Origin: Octopus sinensis
Taxonomy: Eukaryota
Direction: 5' to 3'
Length of the DNA stretch: 64,000 bases
Assembly (NCBI RefSeq): GCF_006345805.1
Contig: NC_042998.1
Location: 145,700,001-145,764,000, forward strand
Position numbers and translations under genes: made by a program. The notes under the pieces are model-generated. The model was not told the DNA's origin. It saw only the letters and a program-made list of their open reading frames with translations, and ran no database searches. Positions 1 through 13,964 of this stretch are shown here, in pieces; position 1 is the first letter of the stretch, and each line of letters opens with the position of its first letter.

Positions 1-960
1 CACCCTAGCTAGCTATGCAGATGATACAAAAGTCTCTCAGACAATACAACATCCTGGAAATATTGCACATCTGCAACGGGAGTTGACGCAATATACAGGT
101 GGGTTGAGGACAACAACATGCAGTTTAATGCAGGAAAATTCCAGGCCCTACGCTACCAGCACACAAAGCTAAACGACACGCAGACAGTATACATTGACCA
201 AGGAGGAATTGAAATCCCTGAATCAAAATCAGTGCGTGACCTGGGTATTGGTATGAGCAATGATGCATCTTTCCAAGCGCATATTACCAGTTTGGTAATA
301 AAATGCTGATGGATGGATGGATGGATGGAATCTCCGAACTTGCAAAACAAGAGAAAAAGAGACATTGATGACACTTTGGAGGACATACGTTCTCAGCCGC
401 TCCCAAATATGGTCACCACAAAATATAAATCACAGCGGAACTCGAAGCAATCCAATGAAGCTACACTCGATGCAACGTATCAGCTACTGGGAAAGACTGA
501 AAGAATTAAAACTCTTCTTCCTGGAACGAAGACGGGAGAGATATGCAATCATATACATCTGGAAAATCCTAGAAAACCTTGTACCAAACTTTAGCATTGA
601 AAGTTATTCAAACTGCAGAACGTGGCGCGACTGCATAGGGCCAAATATCACAGCATCGCCATCAAAATACAGAACCAGATACTGCAATAGCTTGGGCTTC
701 AAGGGCCCACAGCTCTTTAATATCCTTACAAAGTGCCTGAGAGACGTGCATGGTGTGGATGTGGATGTCTTTAAAACAAAACTGGATCTCTTGCTGTCAA
801 GGGGTCTAGACGAGCCTAATTCACGGCAGGAAACACAGATGAGTGCAGCAGCATCAAACTCCCTCATTGACCAAATGCCACATATTAGAGGGGGTTTCAA
901 ATAATGGTGTAGATCAGTCAATGGTGGTGCCCCAGCATGACCTCAGCTTTGAAGCTGAAA
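1..960 (+). mobile_element. CR1/L2-group LINE, 3' part of reverse transcriptase ORF2, disrupted
   Basis: Frame 2 from base 2 reads TLASYADDTKVSQ (YADD catalytic motif). It frameshifts near 86 into ...WVEDNNMQFNAGKFQAL (ORF 118-309), is broken by a stop and (GATG)n at about 307-328, then continues as ORF 317-904 with ...ERLKELKLFFLERRRERYAIIYIWKIL... and FKTKLDLLL, typical of the CR1 C-terminal region. Confidence 0.9.
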
Positions 961-1027
961 CATTTAAAAATAGTTTAAATGGTTTATGTGTGTGTGTGTA
1001 CATATATATTCGTGCATGTATACAAGC

Positions 1028-1259
<232 letters not shown>

Positions 1260-1393
1260 GCACCAGGTGGTGCTATTAAGTTAGACATGGCCTGGGCCAA
1301 TAATGGCCGAAACCTATCAAAGTATCAAAGTATATACATACATACATACATACATATATATACACGCATATATATTTTTGTATATATGTATAC

Positions 1394-1950
1394 TGGCACT
1401 TAGTTTACCGACCCCGAAGGGATGAAAGGCAAAATCGACTTCGGTGGCTTTTGAACTCAGAAAGAGAAGACAGACAAAATACCTATTTCTTTACTACCCA
1501 CAAGGGACTAAACACAGAGAGGACAAACAAGGACAGACAAACGGATTAAGTCGATTATATCAACCCCAGTGCGTAACTGGTACGTATTTAATCGACCCCG
1601 AAAGGATGAAAGGCAAAGTTGACCTCTGCGGAATTTGAACTCGGAACGTAGCAGCAGACGAAATACTGCTAAGCATTTCGCCCGGCATACTAACGTTTCT
1701 GCCAGCTCGCCGACTTGCCTATTTCTTTACTACCCACAAGGGGTTAAACACAGGAGGGACAAACAAGGACAGACAAACGGATTAAGTCGATTATATCGAC
1801 TCCAGTGCGTAACTGGTACATATTTAATCGACCCCGAAAGGATGAAAGGCAAAGTCGACCCCGGCGGAATTTGAACTCCGAACGTAGCGGCAGACGAAAT
1901 ACCGCAAAGCATTTCGCCCGGCGTGTTAGCGATTCTGCCAACTCGCCGCC
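1394..1950 (-). mobile_element. Head-to-tail cluster of tRNA-derived SINEs (two full copies at about 1483-1711 and 1717-1950, plus a partial body at 1394-1482)
   Basis: Minus strand reads ggcgagctggcagaaacgttag (A-box-like) ... gagttcaaattccgc (B-box-like) ... gcctttcatcctttcggggtcgat body ... ccttgtgggtagtaaagaaatagg tail; the same element recurs throughout the window. Confidence 0.9.
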
Positions 1951-2349
1951 ATTTTGTAGTAATAATAATAGCCAGATTAAGTACAGGAAATGTTCTTTAG
2001 TTTATTTTTTATACATGTACAGATAGTCTTCAAATTCTTCAAGAAAATTAAATGGTATGGAATGGAATTAAAAATAGAATAATATAATGTAGAATTAAAA
2101 TTTTTCGTCTAGCGCTTGAGAATACTTGAGAATCAGTGGAGGCACAATCATTCTCAAGGGTTGCACGAAAAATTCTTAAATATAACCAAATAAATATTCT
2201 ACCAAGTATTCAACTTTATTTTAATTTATTTTACTACTTTTAATTTTATTTTATTTCAATACACTTCATTTCATTTCCATGAAACATTTGACGAGTTCTC
2301 TGTATATAAATAAACTAAGGAGAAATTCTTTCATTTCTTCTTTCTAACC

Positions 2350-2456
<107 letters not shown>

Positions 2457-2492
2457 TTATTATTATTATCATCATCATCATCATCATCATCA

Positions 2493-2525
<33 letters not shown>

Positions 2526-2526
<1 letters not shown>

Positions 2527-2870
2527 GGCGGCGAGCTGGCAGAATCGTTAGCACGCCGGGGAAAATGCTTAGCGGTATTTCGTCCGTCTTCAATTCCCGA
2601 GTTGAAATTCCGGCGAAGTCGACTTTACCTTTCATCCTTTCGCGGTCAATAAATTAAGTATCGGTGAAACACTGGAGTCGATATAATCTACTATTTCCCA
2701 CCCCACAAATTTCTTAGCAGTTTGGCAAAAGTGAATGATAGAATGAGTACTAGGCTTACAAAGAATAATTATTGGGCTCGAGTTGTTCGACCAAAGGCGG
2801 TGCTCCAGCATGACCGCAGTCAAATCACTGATACAAGTAAAAGAGTAAAAGGAGACTATTGTGTATAATA
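2526..2870 (+). mobile_element. tRNA-derived SINE with long alternative tail, preceded by (ATT)n at 2350-2525
   Basis: aaggcggcgagctggcagaatcgttagc head, B-box-like gagttgaaattcc, shared body, tail ending ggcggtgctccagcatgaccgcagtcaaatcactgatacaagtaaaagag. Confidence 0.85.
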
Positions 2871-2875
2871 GACTG

Positions 2876-2912
<37 letters not shown>

Positions 2913-2916
<4 letters not shown>

Positions 2917-3142
2917 CTTTACTGCCCACAAGGGGCTAAACACAGACGGGACAAATAAGGACAGACGAACGGATTAAGTCGATTATATCGACCCCAGTGT
3001 GTAACTGGTACTTAATTTATCGACCCCGAAAGGATGAAAGGCAAAGTCGACCTCGGCGGAATTTGAACTCGGAACGTGACGACAGACGAAATACAGCTAC
3101 GCATTTCGCCCAGCATGCTAACGTTTCTGCCAGCTCGCCGCC
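2913..3142 (-). mobile_element. tRNA-derived SINE, full length
   Basis: Near-identical to the copy at 1717-1950; tail runs into (TA)n. Confidence 0.9.
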
Positions 3143-3221
3143 TATACATACATACTCGTGTGTGTGTGTATATTTTTTTAACGTATGTATATATTTACAT
3201 GTATGTATGCATGTATGTATG

Positions 3222-3253
<32 letters not shown>

Positions 3254-3259
<6 letters not shown>

Positions 3260-4514
3260 CGTCAAGTATGAACTTTTTAGGAAAGAAAAAGTTTGCTAAT
3301 GTTTTATAAATACAAGGAATAATCTTATTTATCAAAGTATGCACCCATATTGCCAATACACTTTTGCCATTTCAGCGGTAGCTTGTCCAGCCCGGAACTG
3401 TAAAAGCTTGGCAATCTAGAGTCAATAAAATCTTGGAAGGTCTGTTATATAGCATCGCTGGAATTTAATTTTTTCTATCAAAAAGTTATCCAAATTCTGG
3501 AAAAAGTGTTAGTTAGTGGGGGCTAGATTAAGTGAGTATGGTAGATGATGAAGAACTTCCAACTCCAACTCCTGTAGTTCCGCCAATGTCATTTTTGCGA
3601 TGTGTGGTCTGGCGTTATATTACAATAAAATAGGAGTGGATCTAGGCTGGGGTTTTCTTTTTAAATTTCTGCATTATTTGGTCCAGTTGGCTGCAGTATA
3701 CTTCAGTCGTGATTGATGAGCCAGGTTTAATGAAATCATAATGGATCACACCTGCCCCAGAGCACCAAACACACAACATCAGCTTCTTTTGACGAATTTT
3801 GCTTTTTGGACTGTGTTCTGGTGGTTCGTCTTTATCCAACTATTGTTTACGGTTATTGTATTAGATCCTTTTCTAATCACATGTTACAATTCAATTCAAA
3901 TATGATTCATTTTTGTGACGAGAAAGTAGCATGATGCAGGCTTCCAAACGTTGCTGTTTCTGATTTTCACTGGGTTCGTGTGGAACCCACTTATCCAAAT
4001 TTTTCACTTTACCGATTTGAACCAGCTGAGTCAATATTGTTTGCTTGCTAGCACCAAACAACAACGATAATTCACTGGCACTTTGAGATGGACCTGACTT
4101 GACGGTGGCTTTCGGTTCGTCATTATCCGGCTTTGTTTCTGGTCGACCACATTGCTCATTTCTGAGGTCAAAGTTACTAGAGCGAAATATTGCAAACCAA
4201 TTTGATAATGTCTGCAGTGTAATAACATTAGAACGAAATACTTCATTAATATTCCGAGCTATCTGTGATGCTGTATTTCCAAGAAAGAACTCATACTTCA
4301 AAACTGTACAAATTTCCGACTTATCCATCTCTAAACAAAATTAGCAGAAAACGATTTATAAATACTTTATAAAGCTCAAAATGTGTTAGAATAAAGAAAT
4401 AGATGTGTCAGCTTTCTAACAAAAAATATTGTCAAAATATAATAATGGCGCAAAATGAGCAGCTGTTAAAGTTTATCATATACCTTACTAAGAATTTCAT
4501 ACTTGACGACTTAA
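3254..4514 (-). mobile_element. Full-length degenerate mariner (Tc1/mariner) transposon, about 1.26 kb
   Basis: About 30-bp imperfect TIRs (taaggtcgtcaagtatgaactttttagg at 3254; its reverse complement at about 4483-4514) in TA context. Transposase pieces: ORF 3891-4328 (HTH region, KWVPHE), ORF 3642-3839 (KLMLCVW...GVIHYD), YNARPH at about 3600-3622, PYSLNLAPT (YSPDLAP-like) at about 3514-3540, and WQKCIGNMGAYFD near 3330-3370. Multiple stops and frameshifts. Confidence 0.93.
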
Positions 4515-4697
4515 CATATATATGTACATATATATATAGAAATATTAATATTTCTAAGTATCTCTAAAGGAGACTACGACAGCGGTACAAGATATCAATA
4601 GTTGTCGCCAAGCTAATATGGCATATTAGCTTGGCATATTATGTGTGTGCGTGTGTTTGTGTGTGTGTGTGTGTGTTTGTCATATATCTATACTAAC

Positions 4698-4760
<63 letters not shown>

Positions 4761-4929
4761 TATATATACATTTACACATACGCACTCACATATATTTATG
4801 TATATGTATGCATGTATGTATGTATATACGGAAATGAGAAATGAATACAGTCAGACATTAACTGGAGTCGAAACGTCATTGTAAATTCACTCTCGAGTAG
4901 TTTATTCACACGCACGCACGCACACACAC

Positions 4930-4967
<38 letters not shown>

Positions 4968-5819
4968 AAGTGCAAAAGGTTAACGTTCATTTCCATGGCA
5001 ACGGTGGTTTACAGTGAAAGCGATCCAATAGTTTCGTAAAATCAACAAAATGATTGAGACTTTTAAATCAATAAAGAATTAATTAACTTGAGAGTTGAGT
5101 ATCGGTGGGGGAGAGATGGAGAGGGTAATTACTACAATACAGCTGTAGTGGCTGCGGCGGTGGTGGTGGTGGCGCCTGACGAGGTGGGGGCGCAATTGGC
5201 TTTGTGGAATGTGCGCGTATGTTAAATGTGTGTGCGTGTGAGCGCGCGTGCTTATGCATGTGTGTGTGCACGCGACTATGCTTGTATATGTGTGTGTATG
5301 CATGCGTGTGTGTTTACCAATGTGTGCGAGGATGTGTTTGTGTGTGTATGTGTATGTGCGTGTCTGATGCCTATGTATACCTATGCGCGTATGTGTGTAC
5401 GTGTGTGCGTTTGTGTGCGTGCGGATGTAAGTGCTCGTGTGTGTGCGTGTGTTTGTGTGTGTGTGTGTGCTTGAATGTGTGTATGAGCTTGAGTGTCTGT
5501 AAGTGCGTGTTAATAGATATCAATCAGTATCTGATTGATATCATCTGAGGAAGAGTATGAGAGAGAGAAACAAATAGAGAGAGAGAAAGAGAGAAAAGTG
5601 AGAAGGAGATGGTGAAAAGAAAACAGAGAGGGCAAGACAATGAATTAGGAGAGAGGAAAATAAGAAGAAAGTGGGAAGCAATTTTAGATATAAAGCAAAT
5701 CTTTCCACGAAGTTGTTCTGACGTTCATGCACTGCCAAGTAACGGGAAAATAATGGGAAAATATTTAAGCGAGGAACCGAATCTAAGAGGGCGGCAACAT
5801 ATTGTTATATAGGTTTTAA

Positions 5820-5990
5820 ATTTCAGCCAGAAAGTTCGGGGGCGAGTATAATTCTATTACGTCAACCCCAGTGGTCAGCTGGTACTTATTTTATCGACCC
5901 CAAAATGAAGGGCAAGTCGATCGCGACAGAATTTGAACTCAGAACGTAAGAAATACTGATAAACACTTTCCTTCAGCTCACTGCCTCAAC
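5820..5990 (-). mobile_element. Degenerate SINE (same family)
   Basis: cgaccccaaaatgaagggcaagtcga...gaatttgaactcagaacgt body. Confidence 0.75.
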
Positions 5991-7014
5991 ATAATTTTGA
6001 CCTCAGAACGCAAAATCACTTTACAGATGTAATATGTTATCTTCCCTGACGCTTTAATGTTTCCGCCAGCTCACTGCGTTACGATATGTACTTGGTTTAA
6101 TAAGAGGAAATCTGATAGTTAACGGCAGTTTGTTCTGCCAATCCACTACATTGCAAGAAGATGAAAATAATTTTTATAATAAATACAAACCCAATTATTT
6201 AAGGGTGGCGTGCGGTGCAACAATTCTACTCTAACGTGTCAGTATTTGTGTACATATTTCATTTGTTTTAATAAACCAAATCGATTATTACGGAAAATAT
6301 TACTGCTGCTGACTTCAAACTTGAATCACCATACTGCTGTTATGGTATTTTACTCCTGCAACTACAATTGACTCGACAAAGTCGCTCAACCTGCTGGAAA
6401 TACCGGTCAGATTTCCCACAAACCTCACCCTGCCATCGTAAAGCAGAACATATTAGATATAGTCCTCTGAGTACTTCGTTGCTAAAGTAAAAACTGAGAG
6501 TGTCATTTCTTAAGGCTGAACCGGTGATAAGCAACAACAGAGGCAATAACTGTCACAACCGACCCAGTAGTCCCTTCTTTAATGAATGTAATACTTATGT
6601 AGCTAAAATTATCAATAACCAACCGGTTCTTAAAATAACAGCTCTTAGAGGAATCGAAACAAAGTTTTCGGCTTCATTTGGTAAAGACAGCGATAACGGT
6701 TTGTTAGTTACAAAAAATAAATAAATAAATAAATAAATAAATAAAAAAATAGATCGTATCTGGAAGCAGAAATTATTAATTATTAATGGAACGTTTTCAC
6801 ACAGAAATCGAAATTAAAATGCATCACATAATTAATATCTAATTACTGCAACACTAAAATTTATAGACTGTAGATATAATTTAGTGAATATATTCACACA
6901 AAATAATCACCCTATTTTTTTTTATTTTTCTTGAGCCCCAGGATTCATAAGGCCGATTACTCTGTTACCATGGTGTGTAAGGGATCACAGCATTCCCGTT
7001 ATAGAGCAGAAGGT

Positions 7015-7230
7015 CAGCGATTTTAGTAGGAGGGGGTTAGTCGATTATATCGACAGCGAGAGGATGAAATGCAAAGATAAAATAAAGATCCCATTTCTTT
7101 TATGGATCCCGAAATGATGAAAGGCAAAAACAACCATACCGGGATTTGAACTCAGAACAGAGACAGCCAGAAGAAGTGTTGCTAATCATTTTTTCCCGAT
7201 GTGGTAATGATTCTGCCAGTTCCCCACCTT
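7015..7230 (-). mobile_element. Degenerate SINE with partially duplicated body
   Basis: gtcgattatatcgac...gatgaaaggcaaa...gggatttgaactcagaac...ttctgccagttcccc. Confidence 0.7.
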
Positions 7231-7904
7231 AATTACCCTCAAAAGAAAGAAAGATACAGGTTGTTTCATGGATTTTGAACCCAGAACCTCATGAGACAGA
7301 AACATATGTTGTAATTTATTGAATCTATTGAACTACTGCTGTGTTATTCTATGACCTTTCAGGTGATTAGTGATATCCATTACCATTCTATTGATTTCTG
7401 ATCTTGGTACAATGTTTGTAAATTGCCGGTGTGATGAAGTATTGGTGAATTCGATCAAGTACTTGTTTTATTGATGTTGGGGGGAGAAAATGCAAACAAG
7501 ACCACGATGGGATTTAAAACACAGGGGCATAAAAGAACGCCATTACATTCCATAACGCATTTTGTAGGACACCGAGCCTGCTAGTTACAATGCGGGCCTT
7601 ATTGCCTCTTGCTGCTGAAAATACATATCATTCCAGCACTTTTTTCTCTTCTTCAGAGCATGCTCATCTTCAAAACCTGTCTATCGAACGTACTAGTTTA
7701 CATCATCAATACTTTTGCTAAACACGAACAATTGTACGATGTTGCACATTTGATTAGCAAATCGATCTCTTGTAATTCGGAAAATTATGAAAGATTACAA
7801 TTCCGTTGAAGAAACCTAGCAGAGGGAAACACACCCAGAATTACCTCCCATAACTTGCCGATGACAAAGATGTTGAATTTCCCTCAATATTAATTCTTTT
7901 AAAA

Positions 7905-8110
7905 GCTGCGAGCTGAAGGAATTAAAAAGCATCCGAAAGAAAATGCTTCGCAATATTTATTCCGGTTCATTATATTCTGAGTTCAAATTCTATCGAAGTC
8001 GACTTTGTCTTACATCCAACTGAGGCCGATAAAATGAAATACTAGTCAAGTAGTGGGGTTGATGTCATTGACTTTCCCACATCCCTCAATATTACTGGCG
8101 TTGTTCCATA
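7905..8110 (+). mobile_element. Degenerate SINE
   Basis: ttctgagttcaaattctatcgaagtcgactttgtctt...gataaaatgaaatactag body. Confidence 0.7.
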
Positions 8111-8434
8111 ATTAGAAAAAAATTTAATTCTCATTATAATAAATCTATCAGAACTTCAGATTTTTTTTAAAATGATAAAATACACTTTCAACTACATATG
8201 AATGTTTAGATATTTTTAAATGATGAATGGAGACTTTTGGCATGTTCAAGAATTTTTCAGGGACATCTCAATATCCTGATGGAAATCGTGTTTGACTTTA
8301 TTTGGTTGTTTCCTGTTACGAGCCTGTAGTGTGTGTGTGTGTGTGTGGAGTGGGATTAAAATGAAATGTTATAACACTTAAGGATTAAATCGGCCACGGT
8401 ATGTCACAGATATATATATTTTATCTGAATGAAA

Positions 8435-8580
8435 GCGCGTAGCCTAAGAGGTTGAGGTGTTTGGCTTACGAACATCATGCTGGAGGTTCGATTACTGAAC
8501 CAGGCGAATTGTTGTGTCCTTGAATAAGGTACTTCCCATTGCTTCAGTCTACTCAACTGCAACTGAGCACCAGCTGAGTG
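8435..8580 (+). mobile_element. Second tRNA-derived SINE family (further copies on the minus strand at about 31785-31950, 32385-32570 and 42575-42715)
   Basis: gcgtagcctaagaggttgagg...ggttcgatt head followed by ttgtgtccttgaataaggtacttc; reverse complements (gtgaaatgaagtgccttgctcaagggcacaa...ggaattgaaccc) are seen at 31.8, 32.5 and 42.6 kb. Confidence 0.7.
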
Positions 8581-9106
8581 CTAATGTACCCCTTCCGCAC
8601 CCCCCTCTCTCTCTCACCATCTAATGTCACATTCTGGATGTTCCACTGGAGGCCAAGAGATTCTCTATCTAAGTTCGTGACTACACGGGCAATTAAAAAA
8701 GTTAACAAAAGCATGGTACTCCATCGCAAGTAACAGCTGGTTGTACAAGTTCTACCTTTATCTTTCACTTCTATTTGTTTCAGCCAGTGGCTGTGGCAGT
8801 GATGGAGCACCTGCATTTGTGGTGTTTGAATTCAAAACTTAGAAAACTGAACCTAATAATTGCAAGACATTCCTTTCCTTCCAGTGTAGTGTATCGAATT
8901 CAAGACAGCCAGTGAATTCTACCCTTCTCAAGACAGTAACTGGTACAAGATTATGATAGAGTGAGAGGAACTGCTTCGAGTGAAAACTGAGTCTCTATAG
9001 TAGAGTGAACTTAAACAAGACGAGACTACTGCCTTTCAACTGGAAATTCGACCTCAATTGATTTAGTTTTCTTTCTCGCCCCCTCTCCCCTCTTTCCCTC
9101 CCCCTC

Positions 9107-9178
<72 letters not shown>

Positions 9179-9975
9179 TACTTGTCTCTCTGTCTCTCTT
9201 TCTGTCTCTCACTCTCTCACTCACTCTCTTCATATTTGATATACTTTTGATACAATTAATAGAACAATGTGTGTGTGTGCGTGTGTGAGTGTGTGTACAT
9301 ATGCATGTATGTATTTATGTATATATATATTATATATATAACAGAAATGGACGTCTCTGTACGTAAGTTGTTAGGTTGGGCGTTATAAATAAATGAAATT
9401 ATTGACTGGAAACTTGTCCATTGTGAAAGAATCGTCTAGAATATATATCAGAACATTGACTAGAAGAAGATTAGTCGGTCTTTATTAAAGAAACAGCTTT
9501 GAAGAAATTGCTAAAACTGTTGTTAGGCAAGCAAAAGGAACAATAACGGTTAATTAGAAAAAGTATTAAATCGAGCTAAGCTTATCCGAAACGCTTCGAA
9601 GGAGAATGCCAAATCCTAGTGTAAGCTTACAACTAATGATATGTTTAGACTTTCCAAACAGTGGCCGGTTAGTAATAGACGTAAATAAAGAAGAATTGAA
9701 GGCAGTATTGAGGTTAGTGTTGGTCTTTGAAAATAGTGATATCAAAATAACGAAATGAATAAAGGAAAATATAGAAGCTGGCATTAGAATAAACCGACCT
9801 ATTGATAGCCGGTTATGGGCTGATGTGATGAATTGAAAGAGAAAGAAAGAGACAAATGTGTTTGTTTTATTGTTTATTTCGGTGATCGCCTTCTCTATAT
9901 GTTTCTCTCCATCTCTCTCACGCTCTGACTCTTTCTCTCTGTGTGTGTAGTCTCTGTATCTATTTTATACATGTT

Positions 9976-10050
<75 letters not shown>

Positions 10051-10792
10051 GCATATATACATACATATAATATATTAATAGAGAGACAGACAGACATACA
10101 CTCACGCTCACACACACATGCACACATACACACGCACACACTGGAATTATTCTTTTGTATATACCAATATTTGTATACTTAATATGCGTATGCGTGTATA
10201 TGTATGTGCATGTGTATATGTGCGTCTGGGTGCTTCTGTACATGTGTGAGCATGTCTGTGTGCGATGGCGCATGTGCGTAAAGGCATGTTACCTGCCGTA
10301 TTCAACCTTTGTCTGCGGTAATATTTGAAAATACGTCTGCTGTGTTCAGATAACATCGTTGAATTACCTGCCACCATTACATGTCGTATGTATGTGTAGG
10401 CATACAAACGTACATGCGTACATACATACATGCATACATACATACATACATACATACATACATACATACATACATACATACATACATACATACATACATA
10501 ATACTAACTTTCCTTTTGCATCGGCACCATTTAACCATCAACTGTGGCATTGCTCAAACTCTACAACATTACATTCAGTCATTTTTGTTTTCCGAAATGC
10601 TTGTGCACCATTCGTGTTTGTCCAGTGCATTGTGTAGTTAAAAAAGCAGCATAACCGTTATTTGCCAGTGTGACCTTGGTGCAGCTATGCTTTCACCTTT
10701 TGTTTTAGATGCTTATGTAGTCACGAGCAGACATATATGATCTCTCGACCCTCACACGATGGACCGAGAGACTGTATATTTATATATCTCTA

Positions 10793-10880
<88 letters not shown>

Positions 10881-11494
10881 ATATACTTCTTATCTCCCGA
10901 AGTTTCTAAATTCTTATGAAGTAAACAACATACAATTCTCGCTGGTAAGAACAACACTTCTAAAATGGACGTCGCCAATTCGAAGACTTAGAGATGTGAG
11001 TTCAAGTCCCACGGACAGGCTTCATCTTTTTCCATCCAATGCGTTTTCTAATCTAATATTCTGCACACTATTTCTAGCTTTATGTGCTTCGAGATCCAAT
11101 GTTGTGTATGTATATATATATATATATATATATACAGTACATATAGGTGAGGTAATGAGTATTAAGAAACTTCGAGAAGGTGAAGCTATTCTTTTTAGAG
11201 ACGGCGAATTTCAAAGCAAATAAAGTTATGATTAATAGCGTATAAATATTGGGTTAAAAACATTTCGGATAGAAAACAGCCAAAAGCTTCCCGTGGGACA
11301 CGGACCCACTTCTCCTGTAGACATGACTTTATTCATACGAGCGAGAATTGTATATTGTTGATATCATAAGAATTTACAAACTTCGAGAAAGTGAAATATT
11401 GTATGAATGTATGTGTCCACCTATATACTATTTCCTTTTCCTCACTCTTTTACTGTTCTCTTTTCTATCTTTATGTATTTTATCCTGTGTACTA

Positions 11495-11557
<63 letters not shown>

Positions 11558-11559
11558 GC

Positions 11560-11595
<36 letters not shown>

Positions 11596-11639
11596 TGTAG
11601 TCAAATGACTGAAACAAGTAGAACAATAAAAGAATAAAA

Positions 11640-11704
<65 letters not shown>

Positions 11705-12091
11705 TACACTTTTAGTGTTCATTGTTGTTTTTCTGTACATAACTTATATGTCTACTTTCTCTCCCCTCTTTTACCATTTGGCGACGACGTGTAGTGCACC
11801 TTAGCACTATGTACGATGTATTCATTATTATATTATTTGCCGTAGAATTGCTAAACAGATTGATGCATAACTAAACAACTGGCTATTATTTCAAGTGTTC
11901 TCACGGGCGTTTGCTTGATGATTATGATGTAGTTTGGAACAGAATGTAATTGGGCAGGTGAAGCGCGACAGATAATTAGTGAATTTTTATCCTGAGAAAC
12001 GTATTTACTCTTTCCTACTTTACATAATTCTAACACAAGGGACAGTAAGAAACAGCCTCTAAGCATCACTTAATATTTATCAAATTACTAA

Positions 12092-12245
12092 GGCAGCAAG
12101 CTGGCAGAATCTTTAGCATTCCGGATAAAATGCTTAGAGGCATTTCGTCCGTCTTAATGCTCTGAGTTCAAATATCAGCGAGGTCAGCTTTGCCTTTTAC
12201 TCTTTTGGGGTCTAAAAAATAAGTACCAGCTCAGCACTAGTGTTG
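12092..12245 (+). mobile_element. tRNA-derived SINE
   Basis: aggcagcaagctggcagaatctttagc...gagttcaaat...aaataagtaccag. Confidence 0.85.
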
Positions 12246-13102
12246 ATTTACAGTTCTTTATTTCAGAGATGAGGATTTATGTACAATATTTACGTTATTT
12301 ACATTTGACGGATATTTGACGGATATTAATATCAATATCCATCATATTACTATATTATGTTAATATATAAACCTCATTGTAGTATATCAAGGGTATTTAA
12401 GAGATCACATTAGAATGCAACAAAATATTGATGGAATAAACTTGCATGTATATACAGAATTAGCTAAAACGATAGTTAAATGCAACATATTTAGAATAAT
12501 AAACTGCAGAAAAGTATAACTTATGCAAGTTAATTTCGTTATTATATACATGAGGATGTTTATATTTCATCTAAACAGCTGTAGAGTACGATCAAATTAT
12601 GAATCATATCTAAAACTTCAAATTATCGATGCTTAATTATGGTTTAGAGGTGTTAATATCAAGTCTCTTGGATGGAATAGAACATTTTAAGAATATCTGC
12701 TACTTTTTCCAAAAAGAAAGCTAAAATGAGGTATGTAAAACTTAATTTGCTTCTCGTAGTCACGAGAAAATTGTTTTACAGTGGATGTGATCGATCATTT
12801 TTATGAGCAGCTAATCCAGTTAGATCTCCATTCGGCCATTTTGTCTCTATACCATGGAATATTATTGATGTATAATTAATCGATTCATTTCTACACATTC
12901 CTTCAACTGAAGATTGAAGTTGATGCACATTGATGAATTTTTTTATCAGGTTGAGCCAAATTTCTGACTAAAGATAGCAACAATCCATTACATTTTGTAA
13001 AAAAAAAAATCTTAATTCGAAAGGAAAACCATATTTAATAGTTTATAAGGATTATTCTCCATTCTCAGAAATATTTTATGATAAAACACTCTGTCATATA
13101 AT

Positions 13103-13133
<31 letters not shown>

Positions 13134-13142
13134 TATTATTAT

Positions 13143-13198
<56 letters not shown>

Positions 13199-13557
13199 GT
13201 ATTGTTGTTGTTGTTATTGTTGTCGTTCTGAATTGCACAATTTGTCTTAATACAATTGTCCAGGACAATCTTATTCGATAATCTGGCAATTTACCAAACC
13301 AAGCCAAAAGAGAAAATACCAAGAAAATAAATCAAAGAACCATTTGTCGAAATGCCATATTTTAATAGCCACCAAATTTGATTTTTATTCTTTTTACTTT
13401 AGGTTTTTCTTTTTACTTTTATCCCTTTCAATGGCCAGCGTTTCATTATGTGAACTGTTAAAGCAGAACAGTCTTTGAGCTCACTGTGGAACCATTGAGT
13501 TGGCTGAAATTCTTAATGGTAGATAGTAATAATGAGGAGGAAGAAGATAATGATGAC

Positions 13558-13617
<60 letters not shown>

Positions 13618-13639
13618 AATAATAATAATAATAATAATA

Positions 13640-13854
13640 ACGGTTTCAAATTTTGGCACAAGGCTAGTAATTCTGGGGAAGGGCGTAAGTTAATTATATC
13701 GACCCCAGTTCTCCACGGGTACTTACTTTATCAACCCCGAAAGGATGAAAGGCAAAGTCGAAAACGGCGGCATTTGAACCCATAACGTCAGGATGGACGA
13801 AATGTCGCTGAGCATTTCGCCCGGTGTGCAAACGATTCCTTCTGCTCGCCACCC

Positions 13855-13855
<1 letters not shown>
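13640..13855 (-). mobile_element. tRNA-derived SINE flanked on both sides by (TAA)n
   Basis: Family body cgtcaggatggacgaaatgtcgctgagcatttcgcccgg; tail ggtttcaaattttggcacaaggc abuts (AAT)n. Confidence 0.85.
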
Positions 13856-13927
<72 letters not shown>

Positions 13928-13964
13928 TAATAATAATAATAATAAAATAATAATGATAATAATA

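Noticed and set aside
2526-2620. tRNA genes
   Set aside because: A- and B-box-like motifs belong to SINE heads that continue into a shared SINE body; no cloverleaf could be drawn.
4855-4885. gtcGAAACGTC as the 3' half of a hammerhead
   Set aside because: No upstream CUGANGA.
11168-11402. Two similar 24-mers (aaacttcgagaa.gtgaa...tatt) about 210 bp apart
   Set aside because: Only two short imperfect copies; insufficient to define an element.
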